Notes: generated by a model from the letters alone, not told the origin. Positions 9,933 through 20,730 are shown, counted from the stretch's first letter. The stretch: DNA of 64,000 nt from a virus (IMGVR_UViG_3300017917_003388:96001-160000), one strand, 5' to 3'. Made by a program: numbers and translations.

Positions 9933-11567
9933 TTAATATTTTCCTTTTTCATTAATTACTTCAATTATAACTTCTTGAATTAATTTACGTAATTTATGTT
10001 CTGTTACTAAAGACTCAAAATCTCCAGATAATAATATCCAATATCCAGGTCTATTTTTAGATGGTTTTATATTTAAATTAACAAAATGCATCTTAACATT
10101 TGGGTCTAATTTAGGATTAATTTCTTTTTTTATTTTTCCTCTAATTAATGATGATAATTTATCAGATAATACATCAGCTAATGGGGTTTGTTTTCTTAAT
10201 TTATCTCTAGTTGTTCTTCCTCTACCTAGTTCATCTAATGCATTTTTAACATAATCTGAAACATACATATATATTTGATCTGGGTTTTTGGATATTAATT
10301 TAATACTATTTGGTTGTACTTTATTTATAGCATCTATATTATCCTTATCTAAAAATAATGCTCTTGGTGGTTTACGTTCACCATCTCCTTTAACTGTTTT
10401 ACCTATAGATACTGGAGTTTGGTATATTGCTTCATCTAATCCAGTTTCTAGGGTTTTAATTTTGGCTTCAATTTCAGCTTTACGTTCAGGATCAGTTTCA
10501 GACATTAATTCGTCTTGAAGATCTTCAAGTTGTTGATATAAGTTTTCATTTTCATCTAATGCTTCTTTAATGATATTATGAATTAAAGAGCGAAGTTTTT
10601 GTTCATCTTTATTTTCTAAAATATTGGTATTTTCTTGTAGTCCAGTTATATTAAATAAACTCATTCGAACGGATGGTCCTTTTCTATCTCCATCAATAAC
10701 CGAATATAATACTTTCCCATCATAATAATATAAATCATTTTGATCTTCAGTATTTTTGTAAAGAGCTAGCCCTTTTTTATCTTTTTTATCAACTAGTTTT
10801 AATGATAATTTTCTTTTTTCTTTATTTTCTTGCAATTTCATTTTCTTTTCTGCTCCGGGCATAGGCATTCTTTTAACACCAGAGGCACCTTTTGGGGTTA
10901 CTTCCATTTCTTTTACTTTTGAAGGATTTGTTGTTTTAGCTTCTTTATCGCTTAATGAATCTTGAACATTAGATTTTACTTTTTCAATTTTAATATCAGC
11001 ATCTAAATCACCATAACCTGATGATTTATATTTACCTTTTGGTTCTTTAGATTTACCTAAACCAGGAGCTTCATCAGTATACCCAACACCTTTTTCACCA
11101 AACATTCCATCTTTAGTATAAAATAAAGGATCTTTAGCTAAGTTTTTAACAACCATAGCTTTAATTTCATCACCTGTTTTATCAGTATTTTTTCCATCTT
11201 TTAACTCAGCATAAAAACCTTTCATAATTTCGTTAAAGTTAACATTATCAGCGTTTTTCATGTCTGTGTTATCGTAGGCATGCGCTTGTTTATCTTTAAC
11301 TTCTTTAGATGTTTCTTTTTCTTCTGCTTTAACTTCTTCAGCTAGGATTTTTTTCCAATCATAAATGTCAAATCCTTTAGAAACAACACCACCTGTTACC
11401 TCACTAATAATTTGTTTAGATTTTAACACAGATATTGCTGTATCGAAATTTGTGTATTGATTAAAATATTCAGGAAACAACGATCTGGCTTGTTTTAGAA
11501 ATTGAGGTTTTAACTCATCATTTCCTGATTTTATATTATTATATTGTTCTTGAAGTGTATTTTTCAT
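9933..11567 (-). CDS. Hypothetical head-associated (internal) protein
   Basis: Lies in the head module; Lys/Glu-rich, with (L/I)xE and KLRxLIxExI motifs. Confidence 0.5.
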   Translation of the reverse strand: MKNTLQEQYNNIKSGNDELKPQFLKQARSLFPEYFNQYTNFDTAISVLKSKQIISEVTGGVVSKGFDIYDWKKILAEEVKAEEKETSKEVKDKQAHAYDNTDMKNADNVNFNEIMKGFYAELKDGKNTDKTGDEIKAMVVKNLAKDPLFYTKDGMFGEKGVGYTDEAPGLGKSKEPKGKYKSSGYGDLDADIKIEKVKSNVQDSLSDKEAKTTNPSKVKEMEVTPKGASGVKRMPMPGAEKKMKLQENKEKRKLSLKLVDKKDKKGLALYKNTEDQNDLYYYDGKVLYSVIDGDRKGPSVRMSLFNITGLQENTNILENKDEQKLRSLIHNIIKEALDENENLYQQLEDLQDELMSETDPERKAEIEAKIKTLETGLDEAIYQTPVSIGKTVKGDGERKPPRALFLDKDNIDAINKVQPNSIKLISKNPDQIYMYVSDYVKNALDELGRGRTTRDKLRKQTPLADVLSDKLSSLIRGKIKKEINPKLDPNVKMHFVNLNIKPSKNRPGYWILLSGDFESLVTEHKLRKLIQEVIIEVINEKGKY

Positions 11568-12238
11568 TTTTTATTGAATAGAGTTATTAAATCATCTATA
11601 TAGTCAGATGCCAAATCTGTACTGTATTGTATTTTAAAATCTGGATTATTTTTGTAATAATCCATAGTTTCGGTTTTGGCTTTTTTTAATAAAGGTATTA
11701 ATATATTTAGTTTATCTTCTATTTTATCAAAATCTGTGATTTTATCTTCAATAAATTGTTTCAATTGTGGATCACCAATATTGATTGAATTTAAATATGA
11801 ATCTGATGATTCATCTTCATATATATGTTTATATTTAGTTGATAATGGGGTATCATATTGTTCACCACTCCCTGGTGTAAAACTCCCACCATTTCCTGTT
11901 GAACTTAACTCATTTAATTTATTAAAAATTAGTTCTTTTATTAAAATTTCCTTTAATGCTAATTGTGCTAATTTATATTCTTTAGGATAATTGTTTCTAA
12001 GATGTGATCTAAATTGATTATAGACATAATTAAATCCTGAATTTATTTCTTTGAATTTTGGATCTTTTTTAACATCATCAAATGTCATAAATTCTTTAAA
12101 TTCTTTACCTAATAAATTAAATTGTTGTAATAATTTGTTATAATTGGCCTTATATGTAATATCCCATGAAACTGTTCCTGTTTCTGGATTAGTTTCTCTT
12201 TCAGTCTTACTAAATCCGCTTGGTTGATTATTTTCCAT
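11564..12238 (-). CDS. Hypothetical protein, head module
   Basis: Overlaps both neighbours on the same strand. Confidence 0.5.
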   Translation of the reverse strand: MENNQPSGFSKTERETNPETGTVSWDITYKANYNKLLQQFNLLGKEFKEFMTFDDVKKDPKFKEINSGFNYVYNQFRSHLRNNYPKEYKLAQLALKEILIKELIFNKLNELSSTGNGGSFTPGSGEQYDTPLSTKYKHIYEDESSDSYLNSINIGDPQLKQFIEDKITDFDKIEDKLNILIPLLKKAKTETMDYYKNNPDFKIQYSTDLASDYIDDLITLFNKK

Positions 12239-13094
12239 TGGTTTTTTTAAGTTCAGAAATTAAATCACAATATTGAAGTAAATTAACCATATGTTCGTTA
12301 GTTACTTTATCTTGTTTATTTAAAGGAATTAATAATTTTGATATCTCATCTATTTTAATCTTAGTTGTAATATCATTTGTATTTTCATTTAAATTCAAAA
12401 TATTAGTTTTTATTTCATCTATTTTAGTATTATAAAAATTTTTTAACTTAGGAGTATTATCTATACTATATATAAACTCTTGTAATATCTGTTTTTGATC
12501 ATCCCCAAAATTTGAATATTTTTTATTAAATTTTTCTAATATAAGTTTATAAGATAATATTCTTATATCTTTATCATAATTTATAAATTCATCTATTATA
12601 GAATTGTTTTTATTCTCTTCTAATAATGATTTTGAAGATGAAGTTAAATGTTCTAAAATAGATATTTTATTATTAATAATTTGTTCTAATGATAAATCAT
12701 TACCTTTAAATGTAGATTCTATCAATGTGTATATAGAAGCTTGAATCTTATAATTAGGTAATTTAGTTTTAAAAAATACATCTAAATCATAATGTTCTTT
12801 TATTTCTTTAATTAAATTATATTTTTGTCTTTTTAAAACTGAGCGATTTAAGTTTTTAGCATTTTCTAAAACTGTACTAATTATGATCTCAGCTTTACCT
12901 TCAGTTAAATTAGTATGTTTTAATAAACTATCGTATAACTTATATTCGCGACCTAACTCTGTTTTACCAAAATATTTTTTTAAAATATCAACAGCTTCGG
13001 AATTTTTCCCAGATAAAGTATCAGTAGTTATTTGTCTAACTAATAATTCAAATAAGATACCTGTATTTTTTAGTTTAGAATGTTTTATTAACAT
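12228..13094 (-). CDS. Hypothetical protein downstream of the portal gene
   Basis: Long ORF with an upstream TATATTTATA box (13112-13121). Confidence 0.55.
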   Translation of the reverse strand: MLIKHSKLKNTGILFELLVRQITTDTLSGKNSEAVDILKKYFGKTELGREYKLYDSLLKHTNLTEGKAEIIISTVLENAKNLNRSVLKRQKYNLIKEIKEHYDLDVFFKTKLPNYKIQASIYTLIESTFKGNDLSLEQIINNKISILEHLTSSSKSLLEENKNNSIIDEFINYDKDIRILSYKLILEKFNKKYSNFGDDQKQILQEFIYSIDNTPKLKNFYNTKIDEIKTNILNLNENTNDITTKIKIDEISKLLIPLNKQDKVTNEHMVNLLQYCDLISELKKTNGK

Positions 13095-13131
13095 TTAATT
13101 TATTTTTTAATTATAAATATATTAAAAATTA

Positions 13132-14988
13132 TTAATTTCGCAATTGAGATTCATCTAATAATGATTCTTTAGATTTATCAATATCAAATACCAATTTTTT
13201 TTTAATTTCATTGATGAAATCTTTATTTTTTAAATAAGTATTTTCAGATATGCTAACCATATTTGGTTGATCATCTATCTTCATAGATTTCACACCCAAT
13301 CTATCTTTTCCAAATGCATTATCTTGCTTATTTATGTTGGTTACTTTCTCTATTGGTCTTCCTAATTCTATACCATCTTCATATCCTACAGGTATATTAT
13401 TAGGATTAGACATTAATCTTCCCTTACCATATAGTGCTGCTAAATCATGTGGAGTACCATATGATTTTCCTGTTTCTAAAGGATCATTTCCTTCTTCTGT
13501 AACTTGAGCTAATCTGAATTTACGTTTTGCATCTTGAAGTATTAGATCTCTATATTCATCGAATTGATCTTCACTAAAATGAAATATATGATGATATATC
13601 CAATCAGTTGGTAATAATTGAGATTCTATAATTGATTTGGCTAAGTCTACTTTTTCTTTCATTAAAGCAACACGTTCTTGATCATATATGATAGATGGAG
13701 TTGTTAATGATAAATCAAAATTAGTTAATGTTTCTCCTCTATATCCCTGAGAATATAAATGTACTAATGCTATTTTATATAATTCTGAAAGAACTATTCT
13801 TTGTATGCGATCTATAGTACGAGCAAATCTAATATCTTCAGCAGCCAGTGTTGCTTTTCCTGTTAAGTCTTTTTCATAACCCATAAATGCTTTGGGTACT
13901 TTAAGAGCTGCAAATAATTTTTCTCTTAAATATATTACATCTTCTATTCCATTATATTCTAATCCTTTAGTAGTATCAATTCTTGTAGTTGAATCATTTC
14001 CTCTAACTGGAATATAGAAGTCTTCTAACATGTTTTGCATGTTGTATTTTAAATTATATTCTCCTGTTCTTTCATCTCTAAATGGAGTTTTCTTCATCGT
14101 AGAAATTGTTTTTTGCATGAATGCTTCAACTTCATTAGGAGCAATATTACCTACATTTATATAAAAAATTCGTTTTTCAGGAGCACGTGATATTCTATGT
14201 AATAACATAGCATCTTCCATTAATACATATTGTTTATATAATTTACGAGCTGGTTCTATATATGAACGCCCATATGGTAAATAATTAACATCAGTTAATA
14301 ATCTAAAATGAGCCATCTCATAATTTTCAAAATATATTCCTATAGAATCAGAATTTAAAGTATTAGATACAGGATACATCCCTCCAGATGATGAATTACC
14401 ATCAGGTGAGTACATGAATCTTACAGATGATGGGTTATCTTTATCATATCCTTCTTGACGATATATATGATATGCTGTATATGGTAATACATTATATACT
14501 CCTAATTTATCTGCTATTTCTAGTTTAAGGAAAAAATCACCATATTTATTCATTTGTCTAATCCATGACCATAAATTAAATTCAATATTTAATACATCAT
14601 AGAATAAATTATATAATATCTTTTGTATATCTTCATCTGAAGAACGAATTTGGAGTACTTCACCCATTTCATTTTTCAATGTACATTCATCTGATATAAT
14701 ATCTAAAGCTGAAGCAATTATTGCATCAGTATCCATCATATCATAATCTGAATATAAGAATGGTCTTAAATATTGGTAATTTATATTAAGTTGTTGACCC
14801 CATAATGAAGTAGCATTAGAATAAACTCCATTATATTTATTCATTATTGAGTTAGTTTCTAATCCACTTTGTTGTATAGTATTTATATCTATAATTTTAA
14901 TTTGGTTACCATTTTCATTTCTGATCATAATATCAGTAGAAAATAACCTTCTTAGTCTACCAAATAAATTATTATTTTCATTTGCCAT
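13132..14988 (-). CDS. Portal protein (T4 gp20-like)
   Basis: MEDAMLLHRISRAPEKRIFYINVGN, MLEDFYIPVRG, IEDVIYLREKLFAALKVP and EDIRFARTIDRIQ motifs. Confidence 0.95.
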   Translation of the reverse strand: MANENNNLFGRLRRLFSTDIMIRNENGNQIKIIDINTIQQSGLETNSIMNKYNGVYSNATSLWGQQLNINYQYLRPFLYSDYDMMDTDAIIASALDIISDECTLKNEMGEVLQIRSSDEDIQKILYNLFYDVLNIEFNLWSWIRQMNKYGDFFLKLEIADKLGVYNVLPYTAYHIYRQEGYDKDNPSSVRFMYSPDGNSSSGGMYPVSNTLNSDSIGIYFENYEMAHFRLLTDVNYLPYGRSYIEPARKLYKQYVLMEDAMLLHRISRAPEKRIFYINVGNIAPNEVEAFMQKTISTMKKTPFRDERTGEYNLKYNMQNMLEDFYIPVRGNDSTTRIDTTKGLEYNGIEDVIYLREKLFAALKVPKAFMGYEKDLTGKATLAAEDIRFARTIDRIQRIVLSELYKIALVHLYSQGYRGETLTNFDLSLTTPSIIYDQERVALMKEKVDLAKSIIESQLLPTDWIYHHIFHFSEDQFDEYRDLILQDAKRKFRLAQVTEEGNDPLETGKSYGTPHDLAALYGKGRLMSNPNNIPVGYEDGIELGRPIEKVTNINKQDNAFGKDRLGVKSMKIDDQPNMVSISENTYLKNKDFINEIKKKLVFDIDKSKESLLDESQLRN

Positions 14989-15009
14989 ATTTTTTATTTT
15001 TATATATTT

Positions 15010-16593
15010 TTAAAATAACCAACGAATATCTTCACTTTCTCCATTTTGGGTTTTTATACTATACGGATTTACATTATATCCAGAATAATAAGCCCCCAAA
15101 TGTTGAGTATTTTGAGAATACGGATTACGCATTATATTATTAAGTGCCATTCTTGACATTTCTAAATTTTGAGCTTTATTTTTCAATGATGTATCTCTTA
15201 AATACATTGCTATACTATAAGCCATCACTAAGTCATCATTATAACCAGATTGTGCTTCAGCTCTACCATTTTTCCATATAAACACTTTCATCTCTTCTAA
15301 TAATCGTTTAGAACGAATTATAACACTTCTTTCTCCTATATATTCTATTCCTTTATTTACAACCAAAGGTCTAGTTTTTAAAGATGTATTAAACCCAGGT
15401 ATTGTATCTGAATATTCATTATATCTGTGAAGATATGAATCAAGGATTATGTTCTCACCTTTAGATGAAAAAAATAAATTTCTATATCCTCTTTCTAATA
15501 TAGCATCTAAAGTAGACCACCCAACATTTGAATTTTCAACTACTAATAAAGCTTCATTATATTCAGTTGCAATACCACATAAGAAATACCCGTAATCTTT
15601 TGGGGGAAGTTGACCTTTATATTCTGCTACTTGGGCATTAGTTTCAATATCAAAAATATGAAATGCAGAATAATCTTTTCCATCTCCTCTAGCTACGTCT
15701 GCTACTAAAATATAACTACGAGTGTAATCTGGGGGTTCCCATATCCATAAATTACCATCTAATCCTCTTCGTTCTATAGGATCACTAACATATGTAGTTT
15801 TATAATAATTCAAATATTCTTCATAGTAAACTACATCCCCGGATGTATTAAAGTCACAATCACATTCTTGGGCTGCTAATCTAGGATCACCTAATAATTC
15901 ATCTTGTCGTTTTCTCCAATTTTCATCTCGTTCGGGATGAACATACCATGGTAGTTTAATTGGTAAAAAATCATTAGTATTTTCTTCAGCTTTAACCCAT
16001 GTTTGATGAAACCAATTTCCGGTACCATATGGAGTAGATAATACTATAGCTCCTCCTCCTGTAGCCAATGTTTGTTGAGCTGATGCCCATATTTTATCTA
16101 TATCTTCAATAAATGCCGCTTCATCAATTAATAATAAAGATACAGCTTCAGATCGTCCAGCATCACTAGCTGCTGATACTGCTTTTATTTGAGAACCATT
16201 TGTTAATCTAATTGTTAATTTATTATTTTCTTCAGCAGCTACTTTCAACCAGGAAGGTAAATTTTCATACATAAACTTTACCTTAGTAACCATATTTTTA
16301 GCAGTATCCTGTTTAGTAGCAATACATAATATGTTTTTATCTTTATGAAATGTCATTAACCATAAAGAATATCCCGCAGCTAAAGTAGATATACCTAACT
16401 GACGGGATTTTAGTACTATAGAATATGGATTATCTTTCCATAAATTAAGTACTTTAGATTGAAATGGGTATAAATTAAATATTACACGACCTCTTTGAGG
16501 ATGTTGAATATTACAATATTTTCTCATAAAATGTGCAGGATCTTTAGCACATTTTATATACTCTTCTTTTATAATTTGTTTTATATCATACAT
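15010..16593 (-). CDS. Terminase large subunit (gp17-like)
   Basis: LYPFQ, KSRQLGIST, LLIDEAAF, LSTPYG, QECDCDF, ADVARGDGKDYS and GYNDDLVMA motifs. Confidence 0.95.
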   Translation of the reverse strand: MYDIKQIIKEEYIKCAKDPAHFMRKYCNIQHPQRGRVIFNLYPFQSKVLNLWKDNPYSIVLKSRQLGISTLAAGYSLWLMTFHKDKNILCIATKQDTAKNMVTKVKFMYENLPSWLKVAAEENNKLTIRLTNGSQIKAVSAASDAGRSEAVSLLLIDEAAFIEDIDKIWASAQQTLATGGGAIVLSTPYGTGNWFHQTWVKAEENTNDFLPIKLPWYVHPERDENWRKRQDELLGDPRLAAQECDCDFNTSGDVVYYEEYLNYYKTTYVSDPIERRGLDGNLWIWEPPDYTRSYILVADVARGDGKDYSAFHIFDIETNAQVAEYKGQLPPKDYGYFLCGIATEYNEALLVVENSNVGWSTLDAILERGYRNLFFSSKGENIILDSYLHRYNEYSDTIPGFNTSLKTRPLVVNKGIEYIGERSVIIRSKRLLEEMKVFIWKNGRAEAQSGYNDDLVMAYSIAMYLRDTSLKNKAQNLEMSRMALNNIMRNPYSQNTQHLGAYYSGYNVNPYSIKTQNGESEDIRWLF

Positions 16594-16611
16594 AAAATAA
16601 CATTTTGTAAT

Positions 16612-17022
16612 TTATAATACGGTAATATATATACTATAAATTACAGATGTTACTCCCAAAATACTAACTAATGTTGTTTTAATCTTTTGTTTTTTGATTT
16701 CTTCTTTATAATTTTTTATTTCTTTATTTTTTACATCAACAATATCTGTTAATATTTTTTCACTTTGTTTTTGTAATGAAATTATATCATTTTGATCATT
16801 AATTATAATATTATTTTCATCAATTATGTTATTTAATGTAGATACAGAATCACGAATGATTTGCATTTGATTTTGCAAATATTCGTGATCAGCTTTTAAT
16901 AAAAGAGCATTACGTAGAGTATAACATGGTACACTACATAAACTATCTTGTGTTGAAAGTTTCTGTGAATTTAAGTGTAAGTTCCCTATTAGAAATAGAG
17001 TTAATAGTATTAATTTTTTCAT
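16612..17022 (-). CDS. Secreted/membrane coiled-coil protein (possible spanin partner)
   Basis: N-terminal signal-like stretch, coiled coil and C-terminal hydrophobic segment; overlaps the upstream gene by 80 nt. Confidence 0.4.
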   Translation of the reverse strand: MKKLILLTLFLIGNLHLNSQKLSTQDSLCSVPCYTLRNALLLKADHEYLQNQMQIIRDSVSTLNNIIDENNIIINDQNDIISLQKQSEKILTDIVDVKNKEIKNYKEEIKKQKIKTTLVSILGVTSVIYSIYITVL

Positions 17023-17305
17023 TGTATTTATTTTTATTATATTTAGATACTAAATATAAACTATCTAATTCATTTCTATATCTCATAACTGCAATTTTAG
17101 ATGAATCTATTCTTAATGTTAATCTATTTATAATTAATTCATTATTGATTAAATTTTTAACTAAACGGTCATTTTTATCATCTAATAATTCTATTTCATT
17201 ACTATATTTAGAATAATTGATTTGAGAGATAGTAATATTATATATCAATGCTCCTAATAAAATTAATATTAAGCTAATATATAATTTATTCTTATTTAAT
17301 TTCAT
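16943..17305 (-). CDS. Membrane-anchored coiled-coil protein (possible i-spanin)
   Basis: One N-terminal TM segment (LYISLILILLGALIY) followed by a coiled coil. Confidence 0.4.
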   Translation of the reverse strand: MKLNKNKLYISLILILLGALIYNITISQINYSKYSNEIELLDDKNDRLVKNLINNELIINRLTLRIDSSKIAVMRYRNELDSLYLVSKYNKNKYNEKINTINSISNRELTLKFTETFNTR

Positions 17306-17309
17306 ATTT

Positions 17310-18158
17310 TTAATCTATTATATCTGAAACTAAAGCATTTAGGTTAACTCCTTTAGCTTTAAATAATTTTTTTACATCATCTCGTTTGATTAATGTTTTT
17401 AACACTGACATGTCACTGGATGATGATCTTTTATTTTTAGGTAAAGCAGCAATTTTAGCTACTTTAGTTTCTATACCTGTTTTAATACGGTTATATCTAT
17501 CTTCATCTTCAGGAGATAATTCTTTTGCATATCCTTTACCTCCTGTGATTTTAGATGCAGCTTTTTCTGATGATTTAATATCGCTAGTTGATGGATCTTT
17601 TTCATCAGTTTCATCTTTATCATCAGCTGATGTATCCCATTCATCTTTTTCAGCAGCTATATCCCATTCATCTTTTTCAGTATCGTCAGATTTAGATTCA
17701 GGTTCAGATGTTGGAGTAGTATCTTTAATTTTAGTAAATGCAAATGCTCCCACTTTAATAAATTCATTAACAGCAGGATTAATAGCAGGTTGACTAGATT
17801 TACCCACAGCTAAAGCTAAATCTAATTGTGATATTCCATCTTCTCCTGCTTTTTCAACTACATCTAACATGTTTCCTTTCCATGTTCCACCATATAGTTT
17901 TTTTACTAATTCTACCTTAGAAGGATCACCAAGTTTTATTTTATTTGGAGTACGAGCCATTTCTTCTAATTCATTTTTTTCTTCTAAAGATTGAATATTA
18001 TTTTTAGACATTTCTGCTTTTTTTTTCTGCAATGATATTATTTTTTTATCAATAGCATTTTTTTGAGCATCAAATGCTGCTTTATCTGCATTCAAATCTT
18101 CAGATAATTCATTAATTATTTCTTCTTTAATATAATTATATAATTCTTTACGTTTCAT
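17310..18158 (-). CDS. Winged-HTH-containing protein, paralogue of 19714..20730
   Basis: Shared block EMAR..IKLGDP.K...K.LY.GTW.G.M.D.VEKAG..GI.Q..LA...GKS...AINP.V. Confidence 0.55.
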   Translation of the reverse strand: MKRKELYNYIKEEIINELSEDLNADKAAFDAQKNAIDKKIISLQKKKAEMSKNNIQSLEEKNELEEMARTPNKIKLGDPSKVELVKKLYGGTWKGNMLDVVEKAGEDGISQLDLALAVGKSSQPAINPAVNEFIKVGAFAFTKIKDTTPTSEPESKSDDTEKDEWDIAAEKDEWDTSADDKDETDEKDPSTSDIKSSEKAASKITGGKGYAKELSPEDEDRYNRIKTGIETKVAKIAALPKNKRSSSSDMSVLKTLIKRDDVKKLFKAKGVNLNALVSDIID

Positions 18159-18183
18159 TAGTAATATTATTTTTATATAAATA

Positions 18184-18717
18184 TTACAAATTTAAGTAAG
18201 ATTTTATTTGTTGTATTCGATCATTATTAGAACCAGATATAATTGCAAAATTTTTTATTTTACATAAATATTTTGAACAAAAATGTTTAATAGATAAATC
18301 TATTACTTCTCTATATTTTTCATCAGTAGTACGTACACTGTTATCTTCTATAGGTACACCTGATGGACTAACGTAAAATATCCAATCATATTCATCAATA
18401 AATGTTGATGCATATTCTTCAAATTTAATTTTATCATGTAAACTAATTGAATTAGCACATGTTGTAAAAGATATAACATCTATTATTGTTCTATCTGTTA
18501 TAATATTATCATGTATTAATTCACTACATCTTTCTGCTAAAAATATAGTTTGTCCTTTTAATGTACTATCAGTATTTAAAGGGATACCTAAATCTCTTAA
18601 ATATTTAGATCTTTCAACACTGAAGTTATAGTTGTTAAATTCTGGTAGTTCTTTTAATGAATTAACAAGTGTAGTTTTACCAACTGATACTGTTCCTGTG
18701 AAGCCAATACGAGCCAT
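18184..18717 (-). CDS. P-loop nucleotide kinase/NadR-like ATPase (AAA_28)
   Basis: GTVSVGKTT Walker A, ITDRTIID and EDNSVR. Confidence 0.75.
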   Translation of the reverse strand: MARIGFTGTVSVGKTTLVNSLKELPEFNNYNFSVERSKYLRDLGIPLNTDSTLKGQTIFLAERCSELIHDNIITDRTIIDVISFTTCANSISLHDKIKFEEYASTFIDEYDWIFYVSPSGVPIEDNSVRTTDEKYREVIDLSIKHFCSKYLCKIKNFAIISGSNNDRIQQIKSYLNL

Positions 18718-18723
18718 ATTTAT

Positions 18724-19308
18724 TTATAATTTAGTAAAACATTCGTTTTTTCCTCCGAATTCGATTTGGGGGATATATTTGAATTGCGATAATTCTTCAT
18801 GTATTTGTTTTTCTTGGTAATATCCATCATATAAATTAGTATTAATTAGTTCTATTATTTCTATATTGTAAGGAATCTGTCTAAATCTATTATTAATGGT
18901 AGTTGTAGTAATACCAATTTTATAAAAGCATTCATTATCATTGAATAATTTAATTTTATATAAAATACATTTTTTATTTATATTTTCCAACCTATTTTTC
19001 TCAATATTTTTTATATTATATATCCCAGGAGAGGAATTAGGTGAAAAATATCCAAACATTAATGAGGTAGGTGTTGAAACGTGTTTTTCACCATTTATAA
19101 TAAATTCAATATAATTATTAGTCCCTTTAAATTCTGATGTAAATTGTATATTTTGGTTAGTATATTGGGGTTGATGATATGAGAGATAATTATAAAGATA
19201 TTTGGTTTTATCAATAGCACTTCTTATGTCAAATCCTCCTCCCCTTAATATACTATCAGGAGTAATTTCTACATCTCCATATATAGTAGTTATTTGGATT
19301 TTATTCAT
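18724..19308 (-). CDS. GIY-YIG superfamily (T5orf172-like) endonuclease, probably truncated at the N-terminus
   Basis: C-terminal LYKIK..FYKIGIT..NRF..EKQIH..FGGKNECF; the reading frame stays open upstream of the ATG to about 19413. Confidence 0.6.
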   Translation of the reverse strand: MNKIQITTIYGDVEITPDSILRGGGFDIRSAIDKTKYLYNYLSYHQPQYTNQNIQFTSEFKGTNNYIEFIINGEKHVSTPTSLMFGYFSPNSSPGIYNIKNIEKNRLENINKKCILYKIKLFNDNECFYKIGITTTTINNRFRQIPYNIEIIELINTNLYDGYYQEKQIHEELSQFKYIPQIEFGGKNECFTKL

Positions 19309-19400
19309 AACTCCATTATATTTTCCGGTAATTTTTAGGATTTTTTTGAATATGATAGGGTTATTAAGTTTTAAAAAATTATATAGATAATTTAAAGGAT

Positions 19401-19634
19401 TTAATGTCTCATTTTACCACTTGATGATTTGTAAAAAGGTAATCCTTCACCTTCTTTTTTACGTTTTTTATAATCATCTTTAGAATATTTAAAACCGTTT
19501 ATGTAATATTCTTCTTTACCATCGGGATATATAACTGCTGGTCCTTCTGTGTTGTGTAATTTATTATCTTTAATATAACGAATAATTCCATCTGTGGATT
19601 TAAAACATTTTACTTCAACTTTTTTATTACTCAT
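19401..19634 (-). CDS. Small protein with an LHxxxGPAVIxxxGxxEYYING repeat unit
   Basis: KLHNTEGPAVIYPDGKEEYYING motif, common in large phage and virus proteins. Confidence 0.6.
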   Translation of the reverse strand: MSNKKVEVKCFKSTDGIIRYIKDNKLHNTEGPAVIYPDGKEEYYINGFKYSKDDYKKRKKEGEGLPFYKSSSGKMRH

Positions 19635-19658
19635 ATGGTTTTATTTTTAATAAATATA

Positions 19659-19689
19659 AAAAAGAAGGCTTGGAAATCCAAGCCTTTTT
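19659..19689 (-). terminator. Intrinsic terminator overlapping a promoter upstream element
   Basis: AAGGCTTGGA-TT-TCCAAGCCTT hairpin with A/T runs on both sides; contains TTGGATTTCC and is followed by TATATTTA. Confidence 0.7.
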
Positions 19690-19713
19690 ATTTTTTCAAA
19701 AAATTTATATTTT

Positions 19714-20730
19714 TCAATTTAATTGTCGAATTATATTTCTATAAGCAGATTCCATTTTGTTATATAATGGGGTAAAATCTTCATCATTAAGTCCTGTACT
19801 ATCTTGAATATCAAAATCATAAAATCCAGATAATGATGATCCACTAGATGTTGGTGATACCATATTTGCATTTGCATCTATATCATTTACATAATCATAA
19901 AATCCATCTTGAAAATTCACACATATTAATTTAATGATTTCTTTCAATTCATCTGAGGATATTTTTTTCTTATAAAAATCAACCCAAGCTTGTTGGATTT
20001 TAGGATTAGTCATTAAATCTACTTCTCTCGACCATCTAGATAAATTCTCATTTTCCGTTATTAGTTTTTTTTTTAAATCACTTTCGGTAATTAAACCAGC
20101 TCGTTTTTGCATACGAAGAAATGATTCATTAACAACAACAGTTTCAGCAACATCTGAAATATCTTCATCATCATCCATTTCTATATCAGCATTTTTCATA
20201 GCTGACTTCACACCACCTGATAGTGATGATTGACCAGGTTTGCGTCCACGTTTTAATAATCCTTTAGCTCTTAATTTAAGTTTTTGTATAAATTCTGGAC
20301 CTAATATTGAGATTTCTTCTTCACTAGGTTCATAATCTGGATTTTGTTCTAGTTTAGAATTTATATCTAAGGCCAGTTTTGTTTTATCAGATACTGGTCT
20401 ACCTTTAACTCCTGTGGATTGAGGTTTTTCTTGTTTAGGAGTAGATAAATCACCTTTAACAAATATACCAGCATCCATAAAATCGCGAACTTTAGGATTT
20501 ATAGCTTGCATACCTGATTTTCCTAATATTCTAGCTAGTTCAGGTTGAGGAATACCAACATCCCCTGCTTTTTCAACAGCGTCTATCATATCTCCATACC
20601 ATGTTCCCGCATATAATTCTTTAGCAGCTGATGCTTTTTCTGGGTCTCCAAGTTTTATGTTAGTAGAAATACGAGCCATTTCATCAAGTTCGGATTCTAC
20701 CATTTCTCTAATAAGTTGTCTTAATTTCAT
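19714..20730 (-). CDS. Winged-HTH and AT-hook DNA-binding protein, probably virion-internal
   Basis: Paralogous wHTH block, KGRP and KRGRKP motifs, ESFLRMQKRAGL motif. Confidence 0.55.
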   Translation of the reverse strand: MKLRQLIREMVESELDEMARISTNIKLGDPEKASAAKELYAGTWYGDMIDAVEKAGDVGIPQPELARILGKSGMQAINPKVRDFMDAGIFVKGDLSTPKQEKPQSTGVKGRPVSDKTKLALDINSKLEQNPDYEPSEEEISILGPEFIQKLKLRAKGLLKRGRKPGQSSLSGGVKSAMKNADIEMDDDEDISDVAETVVVNESFLRMQKRAGLITESDLKKKLITENENLSRWSREVDLMTNPKIQQAWVDFYKKKISSDELKEIIKLICVNFQDGFYDYVNDIDANANMVSPTSSGSSLSGFYDFDIQDSTGLNDEDFTPLYNKMESAYRNIIRQLN

